A DNA stretch of 64,000 nt, from the NCBI GenBank assembly GCA_026014495.1, contig JAOZIF010000137.1:1-64000 (forward strand). The letters are read 5' to 3'. Below, in pieces: positions 40,308 through 49,828 of the stretch. The position numbers and the translations under genes are program-made. This stretch comes from Candidatus Bathyarchaeum sp. Lineage in GTDB: Archaea; Thermoproteota; Bathyarchaeia; Bathyarchaeales; Bathyarchaeaceae. Under the pieces are notes generated by a model. That model searched no databases and was not told where the DNA came from. It worked only from the letters and a program-made list of their open reading frames with translations. The stretch's first letter is position 1. The number at the start of each line of letters is the position of its first letter.

Positions 40308-42308
40308 CTATTTCGGAATTACCTCCACGTAATCTAGAAAAAGAGTTAAATCACTTCCAGCATCGTATCCTCTAAATTCAACTTCAGAAGTTCTTTTGGT
40401 TACACTGAAATCTATAGAAAATGTGTGCCACGTAAGCGCCTTACTGAAGTCGTTACAGTAAATGTCGCTTGAACTTATTTCAGAAAGCAGGGAGCGTGAA
40501 TAAACATCGATTTTAAGTGCTATCCCTTCGTTTATGTGATCTATTTTTAGTCTAAAGTTTGCTGTGTAGTTACCAGGTGTCAGAGTTATATACGGTCCAA
40601 ACCAGATATTTCGGTCAGGTTGCGGCGAATCGTTAATCACTATTACTTTGTAACTATCAGAAGAAGAATCATCTACAACAATAGACTCTCCTAATGACAA
40701 CTCCTTATATGAGAATTTTATTGCAACATTTTGTGGGCTATTGATGTATCCTCGTTTGTATAGTTCGAATCCTGGTCCATTAACAAATAGCCCGTAGCTA
40801 TCCGTATCTTTTATGATCTCAGTGTATAGTATGTCGCTTTCCGTTTTGTCCCAATAGTATGTGAATAAGATGTAATCGTATTTTATGTTCTTCAAATATT
40901 CTAGATGTCCCTCGAAAAGCCTAGGGGACGGAGAATCTACTGGAGGAATCACGTATGCATTAAGGTTAGTTGATATGTGAGGAAATATGGTTGGTGTCGT
41001 GAGTACAAATGCATCATTGGGTATCATTTGCAGGATTTGCGTAACTTCACAATTCAAACTGGAAGGAACGGAAGTACCGTAATCTTTAAAGTAAACAAAA
41101 TCTCCTGGCGCATGAATGACGGATAAGGGGGAAACAAATAAAGATATAATTAAACCGATCAAAAACAGCAACAATGGAATTCTAAAAAGGAATTTTTTTG
41201 CCACCTGAACATTGACAAATCTAACTAATTTCTGTACACCATCTATGGTTGCAATAACTATGAAAGGCAAAGTAAATGCTAGATATTGAAAACCCAATTG
41301 GTAGTAAGGTGGCCAATTGCTCAGACCTGAAAGAATGAACCATAAAAGTGCGGGCAGAATCGCAATCGGAGAGAGACAGGCGAGCATTCCACTAGGTGCA
41401 AACGACAGTAAGATGTACAATATTTTGCTTGGAAAATCAAATCGAATTGCATTTAATACTAACTCTGGATTTGTCAGTGCTTTTATGGGTATTTCCACAA
41501 GGCTATTAATCTCAAGCAGTTCATAATTGCTAAGGGACTCATACTCCTCGGGAGGATTTGGATTAAGAGCATATTTTACGTTGGATGAAAAGATCATCCA
41601 AATGATAACAAGAGCAATAATGATGAAAGGCAAAAAGGATAACAGTGTTCTCTTGGATGAGGCTAGGTTTTTGATATCTGCTCTGAGTTCCCATGCACAA
41701 TAAAATGCATATACAGCAATAAAATAAGACGCTTGCTCTAGAGTCATCAAGGTCAATACTATAAAAAACAAGAAGAGCCATGGCTTTTTCTTTTTTAGAT
41801 AATAAGTTGCTGAGAGAATAAACAGGGGAAAAAAAACCTGAGGCGTGAAATCGCACCAATTAAGCCCTTGTAGTAAAGGATTCAACAGGTAAGAAGCAGA
41901 TAGAAATAAAGCAGCCACACAACTGTTAAGGCAATGTTTCGCAATATAATAAACGGGAATGCTACCTAAAGCCAAGATTATAGATTGAATTACCCATATT
42001 GTCTCAACCTGCGGTACCATAGCAAAAAACGGAACAATTATGAACAAAATTGGACTGAAGTGCAGACCAAAGTAACTCCCTGTTGGCGAAAAATATAATT
42101 CAACATTATTTGCAAATGATTCGCCACTTGTTCCGCTTGCTATGGATTGAACAAGTGTACCTAGGTCCCAAGCATACGTCCTAAATGAGTAATGTCTCAT
42201 TATAGTGTAGTATGAAAAAATGGCGACGTACACAAGTATCATGAGCAACAGGATGCATTGGGCTACTTCGAGTTTCCATATTTTCTTTTTAAGCACTTCT
42301 TGGTTCAT
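40308..42308 (-). CDS. DUF2079-family membrane protein (GT-C-like)
   Basis: YSFRTYAWDLG, YFGLHFSPIL, LNPLLQGLNWCDF, YQLGFQY, C-terminal WFGPYITLTPGNYTANFRLK domain. Confidence 0.8.
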   Translation of the reverse strand: MNQEVLKKKIWKLEVAQCILLLMILVYVAIFSYYTIMRHYSFRTYAWDLGTLVQSIASGTSGESFANNVELYFSPTGSYFGLHFSPILFIIVPFFAMVPQVETIWVIQSIILALGSIPVYYIAKHCLNSCVAALFLSASYLLNPLLQGLNWCDFTPQVFFPLFILSATYYLKKKKPWLFLFFIVLTLMTLEQASYFIAVYAFYCAWELRADIKNLASSKRTLLSFLPFIIIALVIIWMIFSSNVKYALNPNPPEEYESLSNYELLEINSLVEIPIKALTNPELVLNAIRFDFPSKILYILLSFAPSGMLACLSPIAILPALLWFILSGLSNWPPYYQLGFQYLAFTLPFIVIATIDGVQKLVRFVNVQVAKKFLFRIPLLLFLIGLIISLFVSPLSVIHAPGDFVYFKDYGTSVPSSLNCEVTQILQMIPNDAFVLTTPTIFPHISTNLNAYVIPPVDSPSPRLFEGHLEYLKNIKYDYILFTYYWDKTESDILYTEIIKDTDSYGLFVNGPGFELYKRGYINSPQNVAIKFSYKELSLGESIVVDDSSSDSYKVIVINDSPQPDRNIWFGPYITLTPGNYTANFRLKIDHINEGIALKIDVYSRSLLSEISSSDIYCNDFSKALTWHTFSIDFSVTKRTSEVEFRGYDAGSDLTLFLDYVEVIPK

Positions 42309-42335
42309 GTTTCGTTGTGCTCCGTTAAGAGTGAA

Positions 42336-43379
42336 CTAGTAAGTTATTGGCGTGTAATCTCCTGAAATTGCCTCAGAGTAGATTTTAGTGTAATTCTCGG
42401 CTACTCGTTGCCAGCTGTATTCTTTCACGACCTCTTTGCCTTTTGTCACATACTGTTCTCTAACCGCCCTGTCCCCCAGAGTCAAAAGTGCATCTCGTAG
42501 TTCATTAGGGTCGTTTGGTTTGACAAGCAGACCAAACTCTTTGACAACATCACGTAATCCTGGAAGGTCTGATGCAACAACAGCGCATCCTGCTGAAGCT
42601 GCTTCCAAGGTTACAAGACCAAATGCTTCGTTTAGGCTAACGCTTGGAAGAACCAAAACGTCGCTACTAAGATACATTTGCCGCAACTGGTCATCCGAGA
42701 CATTACCATAAAAATTGATGTTTCTAAGTCCAAGTTTTTGGGCATATTTTTCGTATCTGCTTTTGTATGGACCATCACCAACTATATTCAACTCAGCGTC
42801 TAGCTTGTTCATAGCCTGCAAAAAGACATCAAGTCCCTTGTAGGGTCGCATCTGTCCAACAAAAAGCAGTTTGTAGCCGTTATGTGTTGCTCTGTTGCCT
42901 GAAAATTTTTCGACATCTACGCCCCATGGCACCACATATTTTCGGGGGCACCCTTGAACTAGGTTATAGTATGATTCGGAGCTGACCACAACAGCGTCTG
43001 CAAGTCTAAGCAGAACGTTATTGAAAACGCTATTGTATAGTGTAAATAATGGCTTGAAGTAGCAGTTGACCATGCAGTGAAGGACATAAACAACTCGGTT
43101 TCCATACAGTTTAGAGTCCAGCAGCAACCGATCCGAGAATGTTGGGGTGTGTCCATGAATGTTTATGACGTCATAGTTGCCATTTCTTATGTAGCGGTGT
43201 ATGTTGTCTGTACCAGTAACGAGTTTAATGTCGCCAACTAGTTTTATGTTGCAGTCTCTGGCGCATAGCACATGCACTTCATGGCCCATATTTGTGAGTT
43301 CCTCTGTAAGTTTGCTTATGACCCTAGAAAATCCGCTGATAACTGGTGGTTTTTCACTAATTAGATGTAGCAGTTTCAA
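42336..43379 (-). CDS. Glycosyltransferase family 4
   Basis: PWGVD, LFVGQMRPYKGLDV, EAFGLVTLEAASAGCAVVASDLPG. Confidence 0.93.
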   Translation of the reverse strand: MKLLHLISEKPPVISGFSRVISKLTEELTNMGHEVHVLCARDCNIKLVGDIKLVTGTDNIHRYIRNGNYDVINIHGHTPTFSDRLLLDSKLYGNRVVYVLHCMVNCYFKPLFTLYNSVFNNVLLRLADAVVVSSESYYNLVQGCPRKYVVPWGVDVEKFSGNRATHNGYKLLFVGQMRPYKGLDVFLQAMNKLDAELNIVGDGPYKSRYEKYAQKLGLRNINFYGNVSDDQLRQMYLSSDVLVLPSVSLNEAFGLVTLEAASAGCAVVASDLPGLRDVVKEFGLLVKPNDPNELRDALLTLGDRAVREQYVTKGKEVVKEYSWQRVAENYTKIYSEAISGDYTPITY

Positions 43380-44536
43380 GATTTTGTCACTCCTGTTTGG
43401 TTAGTATCTGTTGGATGTAACGCAAGGGAACGATTACATAGAACGTCCAGTATTTTCTGCCATTTTTCAACATAGAATTTCGTGTCAAACTTTGAAGCTT
43501 CATTCACACACGCGCTTCGCATATGCTGCGGATATGTTTCTTTCCACAAGTCTACAGCTATTTGTACAAGCTCATCGTCGGTTTGTGCAAGCCAACCTGT
43601 GCCTTTGTCAATTACGTACTCCATAGGTCCCTGCAGATTGTATGTGAGCACGGGTGTTCCACAGGCCATGCTTTCTAGTGGCACATAACCAAAGGGTTCA
43701 TGAGTGAACGGAAAAATTGTGAAAACAGCATTTGAGTATGCGTCCACGAGTTCTTCAGTAGAGATGTGTCCCAAAAAGTCGATGTTATGATGCCTTGTTA
43801 TGCCCCTATGTAAATTTGGCAGCTTTGAGCCAAACGCCTTGACTTTGATGCCTTTGTCTGCTATCTTTTTTACGGTCGAAAATTTGGTTTCTTTTCCAAA
43901 ATAGGTTAAAATATAATCCGATGTTGGCTTTGATGTTGATGGAGTAAATATTTGGCAGTCAATTGGCGGACAAATAACATTAGAAACTCTTAGTCCAAGT
44001 TTTGAATACATTGAAGCACAAAACTTTGAGTTTGCGATAGTTAATAATGAACTCTTGTTCATACGATTAATAAGTCGTTTATCTGCATAGTCTATGGCGG
44101 GTCTTAAGAAGTTGTAGGCAACCCTGAATCCTGCTGAAAGCTCGGCCTCTAAGTCTTTTAAGGCAATGTATGGAGGCCCCTGAAGATACCATGCTGACGC
44201 AGGTACAGAAATCACCTGTGAAAAATTGATGGTTATCGAAGAATTGTTGTCGATGCTTCGTGAGTTCAGCTTCAAAAAGGCTTCTCGCGCCCAAGTCTCA
44301 AACCACAACAGGGATAATCCAAGGTTTTTGGAGAATAGTTTGGCGCGTAAGTTTATGGGCATGATGCTGTTTTGGTTGAGGTAGTCTTCAACGGTGTCGG
44401 ACATCAGTGGTGAAATCATGGAGACTGTGCAGCCTCTTCTGGTTAGTTCTGTGGCTAGGCACATTGTTGGGCGGATTGAGCCCTCAAAGTCCATCATTAC
44501 GTCGCAGACTAGAATGATATCCAATTTAGGTGTCAC
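43376..44536 (-). CDS. Glycosyltransferase family 4
   Basis: IANSKF, CPPID, HEPFGYVPLESMACGTPV, EYVIDKGTGWL. Confidence 0.9.
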   Translation of the reverse strand: MTPKLDIILVCDVMMDFEGSIRPTMCLATELTRRGCTVSMISPLMSDTVEDYLNQNSIMPINLRAKLFSKNLGLSLLWFETWAREAFLKLNSRSIDNNSSITINFSQVISVPASAWYLQGPPYIALKDLEAELSAGFRVAYNFLRPAIDYADKRLINRMNKSSLLTIANSKFCASMYSKLGLRVSNVICPPIDCQIFTPSTSKPTSDYILTYFGKETKFSTVKKIADKGIKVKAFGSKLPNLHRGITRHHNIDFLGHISTEELVDAYSNAVFTIFPFTHEPFGYVPLESMACGTPVLTYNLQGPMEYVIDKGTGWLAQTDDELVQIAVDLWKETYPQHMRSACVNEASKFDTKFYVEKWQKILDVLCNRSLALHPTDTNQTGVTKS

Positions 44537-44665
44537 TTGAATTCATTATAAGCTGATTTATTTTATAAATATACCGTCCATATACCGTAAATTCCATACT
44601 GATAAAAGAGAAAAAACCGATTTTCAAGCACAAAACACACCAAAAAACAAGCTCTGAACAAAAGA

Positions 44666-44772
44666 TGGCGGGCCCGCGGGGATTTGAACCCCGGGTCTCC
44701 GGCTTCGGAGGCTTACGCACCGCTCCACGAGAGGACGGTTCGGCGCCTTAATCCAGGCTGGGCTACGGGCCC
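44666..44772 (-). tRNA. tRNA-Arg(CCG) with a 28-nt intron at non-canonical position 29/30 (44713-44740), CCA encoded
   Basis: GGGCCCG acceptor stem, D-loop GG, T-loop TTCAAAT. Removing AACCGTCCTCTCGTGGAGCGGTGCGTAA restores CCGGC-CTCCGAA-GCCGG. The exon-intron junction forms a bulge-helix-bulge (GCGC pairs with GCGT). Confidence 0.92.
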
Positions 44773-44863
44773 ACTTTTTATTCATCAAGCCCTTTTGTAT
44801 AACTTAAAGTTTTGTTGTGTCACTACTTTTTGGAAAAACGGGTTATGTAAACCAACAGTGAGG

Positions 44864-45364
44864 TTAGGTTTCAATCATGTCTTCTTTTATCCACCATGCT
44901 TTTCTTTTTTTAGCCCTTACTCCAGGATAGTATTCGATGATGGATTTTCCTAGTTGTTTTTTGGATGCTTTCTCAATTTTTCTAAGCCTATTGAGAACAA
45001 GCCAGCGGTTGGTTTCCAGAAATTCTGCGAGCTCGGTGGTTGTGGCGCCTCTGTGGTCTATGAGGCGGTTTATTAGTTTGGTGTCTGTGTCGTCGATACA
45101 AAAGATGTGGGGGTTTATTTTTCCTGTTTCGTGTGTGAGGATTTCTAGTTGGGCTAGTGTGTCTTTTATTTTGTTAACATCTTTTGTTAGTTTGTTTAGA
45201 CTTTGTTCTAGTTGAAAGATTTTGTCTGGTCGTGGAGTTTTTTCGAGTTTTTCTAGTATGGCCTCTCTGATGAATGTGCTTCGTTCGCCTTCGGGGATTC
45301 GTAGTGCAAGTTCTTTGTATAGTTGGTCGGGTAGTTTTGCGGAAACAACTGTGTAGTTGGTCAT
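44864..45364 (-). CDS. RHH + coiled-coil + winged-helix DNA-binding protein
   Basis: YTVVSAKLPDQLY...ERSTFIREAILEKL (RHH); DTKLINRLIDHRGATTTELAE...LNRLRKI (HTH). Confidence 0.75.
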   Translation of the reverse strand: MTNYTVVSAKLPDQLYKELALRIPEGERSTFIREAILEKLEKTPRPDKIFQLEQSLNKLTKDVNKIKDTLAQLEILTHETGKINPHIFCIDDTDTKLINRLIDHRGATTTELAEFLETNRWLVLNRLRKIEKASKKQLGKSIIEYYPGVRAKKRKAWWIKEDMIET

Positions 45365-45599
45365 AAAAGATTCCCATCCGAACAGTAAGTTAGGCAGATT
45401 AAGGCTAAAAGCGTTTAACCTACAAAATGGCTACTGCATCTCAAATGATGCTTTGTTTTTCTGAAAAAAGGTTGATTTCAACAATGAACCTCTATTAGTC
45501 TCCTAATATGGCGCTCTTTTTTTGGATACGATTTTTTCCTATACTAATTTAAGTTACACTTGACCCAGTGACGAGAGAACAACCTTTAGGTAATTTACA

Positions 45600-46550
45600 A
45601 TGAATGATATTCCACCCACAGAGAAATCTGATTTCATCTCTAGATGCCTAGAACTCGGAATACTCTTAGAGGTTAGTGGCTACCCAAAACCTGGAAACGT
45701 TCACAGAACCGCAGACTTCAAGTCAACCACCTTTGAGCACTATCTTGCATCAGCAGTTGCAATAGCGCCATCATTTAGATGTGCTGCCAAACAAGGAATC
45801 AGGGTTTCAAACGGAGAAATAGCTGCTGTAGATGTGGGCATTGGGAGTATAATCAAAGATGCTGTTAGCCGCATGCTAGGAAGCCAAAATGGCGGCAATA
45901 CGCTGTTGGGTGCGATAATTATTCTTGCGCCCATAGCGGTTGCGGCGGGAATGGTTCGTAACAGTTTTTCTTTGCCGAAGCTCAGAAAAAACATCAAAGT
46001 AGTTGTTGAGTCGACAACTCCACAAGATGCCTTGGAACTTTATGATGCTATAGCTCTTGTTAATCCTGGGGGCTTAAACAAGTCTAAGGAACTGGATGTA
46101 ACAGACCCTGCCTCAAAGAAGAAGATTATAGATGAAGGTGTAACCCTTTTGGATACCTTCAAGATTGCCAGCACATACGATTCCATAGCCTCTGAATGGG
46201 TAAACAATTACCCAATCACTTTCGATTTGGGCTATCCATATTTTATTAAACAACTTAAAGAAACTGGAGACATTAACACAGCTACTGTTCATGTTTTCAT
46301 GAAGATTCTCTCAGAAGTTCCTGACACATTTATCTCCAGAAAGGTCGGTCAATCTAAATCGGAAAGCATCTCAGCCGAAGCTAAAGAGGTCTTAAATGCA
46401 GGCGGCTTAACCACGCCTTTGGGCAGAAACCTTCTCATGAAACTTGATAGCCAACTCAGAGACCCAGACAATAACCTAAGCCCCGGAACAACAGCGGACA
46501 TAACAGAGGCAGTACTAGCCCTCAATAATCTAAACGGTTACAAACCTTAA
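45600..46550 (+). CDS. citG: CitG-family triphosphoribosyl-dephospho-CoA synthase-like protein
   Basis: LEVSGYPKPGNVHR, GGNTLLGAIIILAP, LSPGTTADI. Confidence 0.85.
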   Translation: MNDIPPTEKSDFISRCLELGILLEVSGYPKPGNVHRTADFKSTTFEHYLASAVAIAPSFRCAAKQGIRVSNGEIAAVDVGIGSIIKDAVSRMLGSQNGGNTLLGAIIILAPIAVAAGMVRNSFSLPKLRKNIKVVVESTTPQDALELYDAIALVNPGGLNKSKELDVTDPASKKKIIDEGVTLLDTFKIASTYDSIASEWVNNYPITFDLGYPYFIKQLKETGDINTATVHVFMKILSEVPDTFISRKVGQSKSESISAEAKEVLNAGGLTTPLGRNLLMKLDSQLRDPDNNLSPGTTADITEAVLALNNLNGYKP

Positions 46551-47623
46551 ACTAGAGCATTTCTTCTTTTTGTTGCCTCAACCAATCCGATTGTGCCGCT
46601 CATCATCACGTCACCTGCTGGAGTTGCAAAATGAACTGGAAGATTTGTTTGTGCCAAAATCTTTCTGTTAGGTCCAGTAACAACAATCTTTTCGAGTCTA
46701 CAGTAACCTGGAGGCTTTTTCAGATAGAACATGCCGTGCCCATTATCATCAAAAACTTGTTTATCGCTGAGTTTTCCATCCGCAAAATCAATTAAAGTTC
46801 TCTCCATCTTCTGCGGATTCAAAAGACGCGTATGATGCTCTAACACTGCAGTAACCTCTCCATCTGCAACTATCGCAGCCATGGTGTGCCCGTTACCTGC
46901 ATTAACTACAAGAATAGGATCAGCATTCTTTACTGCTGGGTCCATCAAGCATCCAAGTATTGCATCTGGAGACGTATCCATGACCACTACTTGGACATCT
47001 TGTAGCTGTCGTTTTGAGGCTTGAACTGCTGACTTCATCCGTGGATAGTATTCTGGGATTTCGTTTTCCAAGTAAGCAAATGTTTCAGGTCTTGGATTTT
47101 TTTCCAGCCGCTCTCTTATTTTGTTGATGCGAAATTGTCTATTGCTCATTTCTTTAGGAAAAACACCGTGGTCCTGAACAGCGATGGCAACATAATCTAT
47201 GTCCGAAAAAGGTTCATCAAAATGCTTCAATAGTTCGTGCAGTTTTTTGATGTTTACTTCTTCTAGAAATATTGTTTCGCCTTCAAAATTTGTTGGTTCA
47301 CAATCTTGGACAATTTCAATTCCTGTTTCCTTAACTTGATCTAAACTGTTTCTTACGGTATATGCAGCATTTTCTGTCATGAAGACTCTGAGTCCTGCTG
47401 CAACATGTTTTTTTAGGGCATGCGAAAGCGGTCCTCCGCCAATCGTGTCTCCTTTAACAAAAAGGTCATTGTATTGACTGGTTGCAGTTCTTACTTGTGA
47501 TGCAAAAATTTGGCATGGAGATGGCAAAACCATCTTTATACAGTTCTCGACATTCGCCTTTTCATCATCATAAAGTAGGATGTCTTCTGTTCCAGCTCCT
47601 ATGTCTAGTGCTAAAATCTTCAT
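46547..47623 (-). CDS. DUF1786 family protein (ASKHA fold)
   Basis: ILALDIGAGTEDIL, AVQDHG, SNRQFR, VMDT, VNAGNGHT, VLEHHT, DDNGHG, PAGDVMMSGTIGL. Confidence 0.8.
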   Translation of the reverse strand: MKILALDIGAGTEDILLYDDEKANVENCIKMVLPSPCQIFASQVRTATSQYNDLFVKGDTIGGGPLSHALKKHVAAGLRVFMTENAAYTVRNSLDQVKETGIEIVQDCEPTNFEGETIFLEEVNIKKLHELLKHFDEPFSDIDYVAIAVQDHGVFPKEMSNRQFRINKIRERLEKNPRPETFAYLENEIPEYYPRMKSAVQASKRQLQDVQVVVMDTSPDAILGCLMDPAVKNADPILVVNAGNGHTMAAIVADGEVTAVLEHHTRLLNPQKMERTLIDFADGKLSDKQVFDDNGHGMFYLKKPPGYCRLEKIVVTGPNRKILAQTNLPVHFATPAGDVMMSGTIGLVEATKRRNALV

Positions 47624-47760
47624 GCTTTGTTTCCTTCGTCAAGTTTGTTGAGCTAAAAATGTAACATGAATCTCATCTACTTTTCGATTAAACCTGCTGA
47701 CTTTAGGCGCAATTTAAATCTAAGAATTCTACTATTTAGAACAAATAGGAAGAACCTGAC

Positions 47761-48480
47761 ATGTTTAACCGAGTCATAGTTGCTGTTGTTGGAAGCAGTA
47801 ATTCCGGAAAAACCACGGCGGTAGAAGCCCTGATTCAGGGATTAACCAAAAACGGGTATACTGTAGCATCCGCAAAACGCATTCCTGAACCAGACTTCAC
47901 CATAGATACAAAAGGAAAAGACACATGGAGACACGCCAATGCTGGAGCAAGCACTATCCTAAGCGTAGCACCCAATGAATTAACTACCATCAAAAAAGTT
48001 GTCACCAAAAAATATACTCTAGAACAGCTTATCGCGCAGTTCCCAGATGAACTAGACGTTATCATTATCGAAGGCTTCAAAGATTTAGTTGGACCTGACA
48101 TGACCATACCCAAAGTAGTGGCAATCAAAACAGCCTCCGAAGCGTCAGAGGCTCTTAACCGCTACAAAAACATCATGGCTTTCATTACCCACAGTTCAGA
48201 CCAAAAAATTGAAGCAGAATTTCCGATCATAAATGCTATGAAAGAACCAGAAAAACTTGTTGAGTTGGTAACCAAAAACATTGCAGTTCTGATAGAACGA
48301 AAACGACAGCGCAACGAAAAAATTACAATACAGGTAGACGAAAAAATCTTGCCTTTAGGCGAGTTTGTTCAAGACATTGTAAGAAACTCTGTTCTGGGTA
48401 TGGTTGGAAGTTTAAAAGGCACAAAAATAGAAGGGGAAGAGAAGGTTTCGATTGTCATCAAAAAAATGACAAACGATTAG
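47761..48480 (+). CDS. mobB: Molybdopterin-guanine dinucleotide biosynthesis protein B
   Basis: GSSNSGKTT, FTIDTKGKDTWRHANAGA, DVIIIEGFK. Confidence 0.9.
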   Translation: MFNRVIVAVVGSSNSGKTTAVEALIQGLTKNGYTVASAKRIPEPDFTIDTKGKDTWRHANAGASTILSVAPNELTTIKKVVTKKYTLEQLIAQFPDELDVIIIEGFKDLVGPDMTIPKVVAIKTASEASEALNRYKNIMAFITHSSDQKIEAEFPIINAMKEPEKLVELVTKNIAVLIERKRQRNEKITIQVDEKILPLGEFVQDIVRNSVLGMVGSLKGTKIEGEEKVSIVIKKMTND

Positions 48481-48625
48481 CAAACTCAAGTGGCACTTTG
48501 GGATTCAGAGAGAAAGCACTGTTATAGGGAGAAAGGAGTTTTTCTGTAATGCCAGAGGAATTGACATCTCTCTGAGCCTTTCCAAGACCACTTATCATGA
48601 GCTCACTTAACCTCCCAGTTTCATT

Positions 48626-49828
48626 CTAGAGCGCTTTGAAGGCTTCAGACCATTCGTTATATGTCGAGATAACCCGTGGAGACACGCTGGGCTTTCTATC
48701 CGCTAAGATTCCTTTGAAGTCCGCAATAGACAAAGGTCTAGGTTTAGCATCTTTATCACTAGCTTTACCTGAATCAAACAGTTCTCCAATAACTCGTAGA
48801 TGTGCAGATTGACAAATGTCACGTATGTCACTTCCAGAAAAACCAGCAGCTAACCTAGCAAACTCATCAAGGTCCATATCTGTCGACAGATTCAGGTGCT
48901 CAGTGTAAAGCTTTAGCAGGTGCAATCGAGCATCATAATCGGGCAAAGGAACCATTATCCGCTTTTGGAACCTACGTATAAACGGCCAGTCCAGAACCCA
49001 AGGCTTGTTAGTTGCTCCAATAACATACGCGTGGATGTTCTTACCCTTGTCCATGACTCCATCCATCTCTTTTAGGAACTGGTTACGAACTCGAGTTTCT
49101 CCACCCACCTCATTAGAATGCATACCAATCAGCGAATCCAACTCGTCAATGAACAGTATAGCAGGACGCCCATTACTCGCAGTATTTCGTGCCTGATTAA
49201 ACAGTTTAGCCACATTCTTTTCCGCTTCACCTAACCACTTCGACATAATCGAAGCAGCATCAACAGAAACAAATGCCGCATCAATCTCTGTTGCAACAGC
49301 AGCCGCCATCAACGTCTTTCCACAGCCCGGAGGACCAAACAAAAGTATTCCCCGTGGCCAACCCAAAGGAAACAGGTCAGGTCTCTCAACGGGATAAACA
49401 ATCGCTTCTTTGATGGCTTTTTTAGCAGTTTCTAGTCCAACAACTTGGTTCCACTTTACGTTGGGTTTCTCTTGGAGTACCAACTCGTCATAGCTTGCTT
49501 TTTCGTCAGTAGTTCCTGTTTCTGGCTGCTTATCTGCCATCTCAACAGTCCTTTCCGGCTGCGAATGACCATTACCATTAAACGGCTGAACTGGACCGCC
49601 TCCCTGCAAAGCCTTTATCCGTTCTTGATATGCTTGTGCACGCTGGATATACACTGAATTTAAGCCATAATTCGGGTATAATCTGACAAGTTTCAGCAGA
49701 GTTGAGATACCTTTTTGGTACATTGTAATGGCCATCCCCTTTGACCCTTGTTTGTCAAGGCGGACGGCCTCCAAAGCGTATTTCGTTGCCGCTTGTTCAA
49801 GTTCTTGAGACGCACTCATATGAATCAC
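48626..49828 (-). CDS. cdvC: Vps4/CdvC AAA+ ATPase with N-terminal MIT domain
   Basis: ATKYALEAVRLDKQG...YQERIKAL (MIT); GPPGCGKT; FIDELD; GATNKPWVLD; RRFQKRI; GFSGSDI. Confidence 0.95.
   Translation of the reverse strand: MIHMSASQELEQAATKYALEAVRLDKQGSKGMAITMYQKGISTLLKLVRLYPNYGLNSVYIQRAQAYQERIKALQGGGPVQPFNGNGHSQPERTVEMADKQPETGTTDEKASYDELVLQEKPNVKWNQVVGLETAKKAIKEAIVYPVERPDLFPLGWPRGILLFGPPGCGKTLMAAAVATEIDAAFVSVDAASIMSKWLGEAEKNVAKLFNQARNTASNGRPAILFIDELDSLIGMHSNEVGGETRVRNQFLKEMDGVMDKGKNIHAYVIGATNKPWVLDWPFIRRFQKRIMVPLPDYDARLHLLKLYTEHLNLSTDMDLDEFARLAAGFSGSDIRDICQSAHLRVIGELFDSGKASDKDAKPRPLSIADFKGILADRKPSVSPRVISTYNEWSEAFKAL

Noticed and set aside
44666-44700. tRNA-Arg 3' end as an integration site bounding the glycan island
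   Set aside because: No duplicated tRNA 3' segment found elsewhere in the window by eye.
44684-44953. 89-aa plus ORF and 64-aa minus ORF (44526-44720) over the tRNA-Arg
   Set aside because: Artefacts of the GC-rich tRNA gene.
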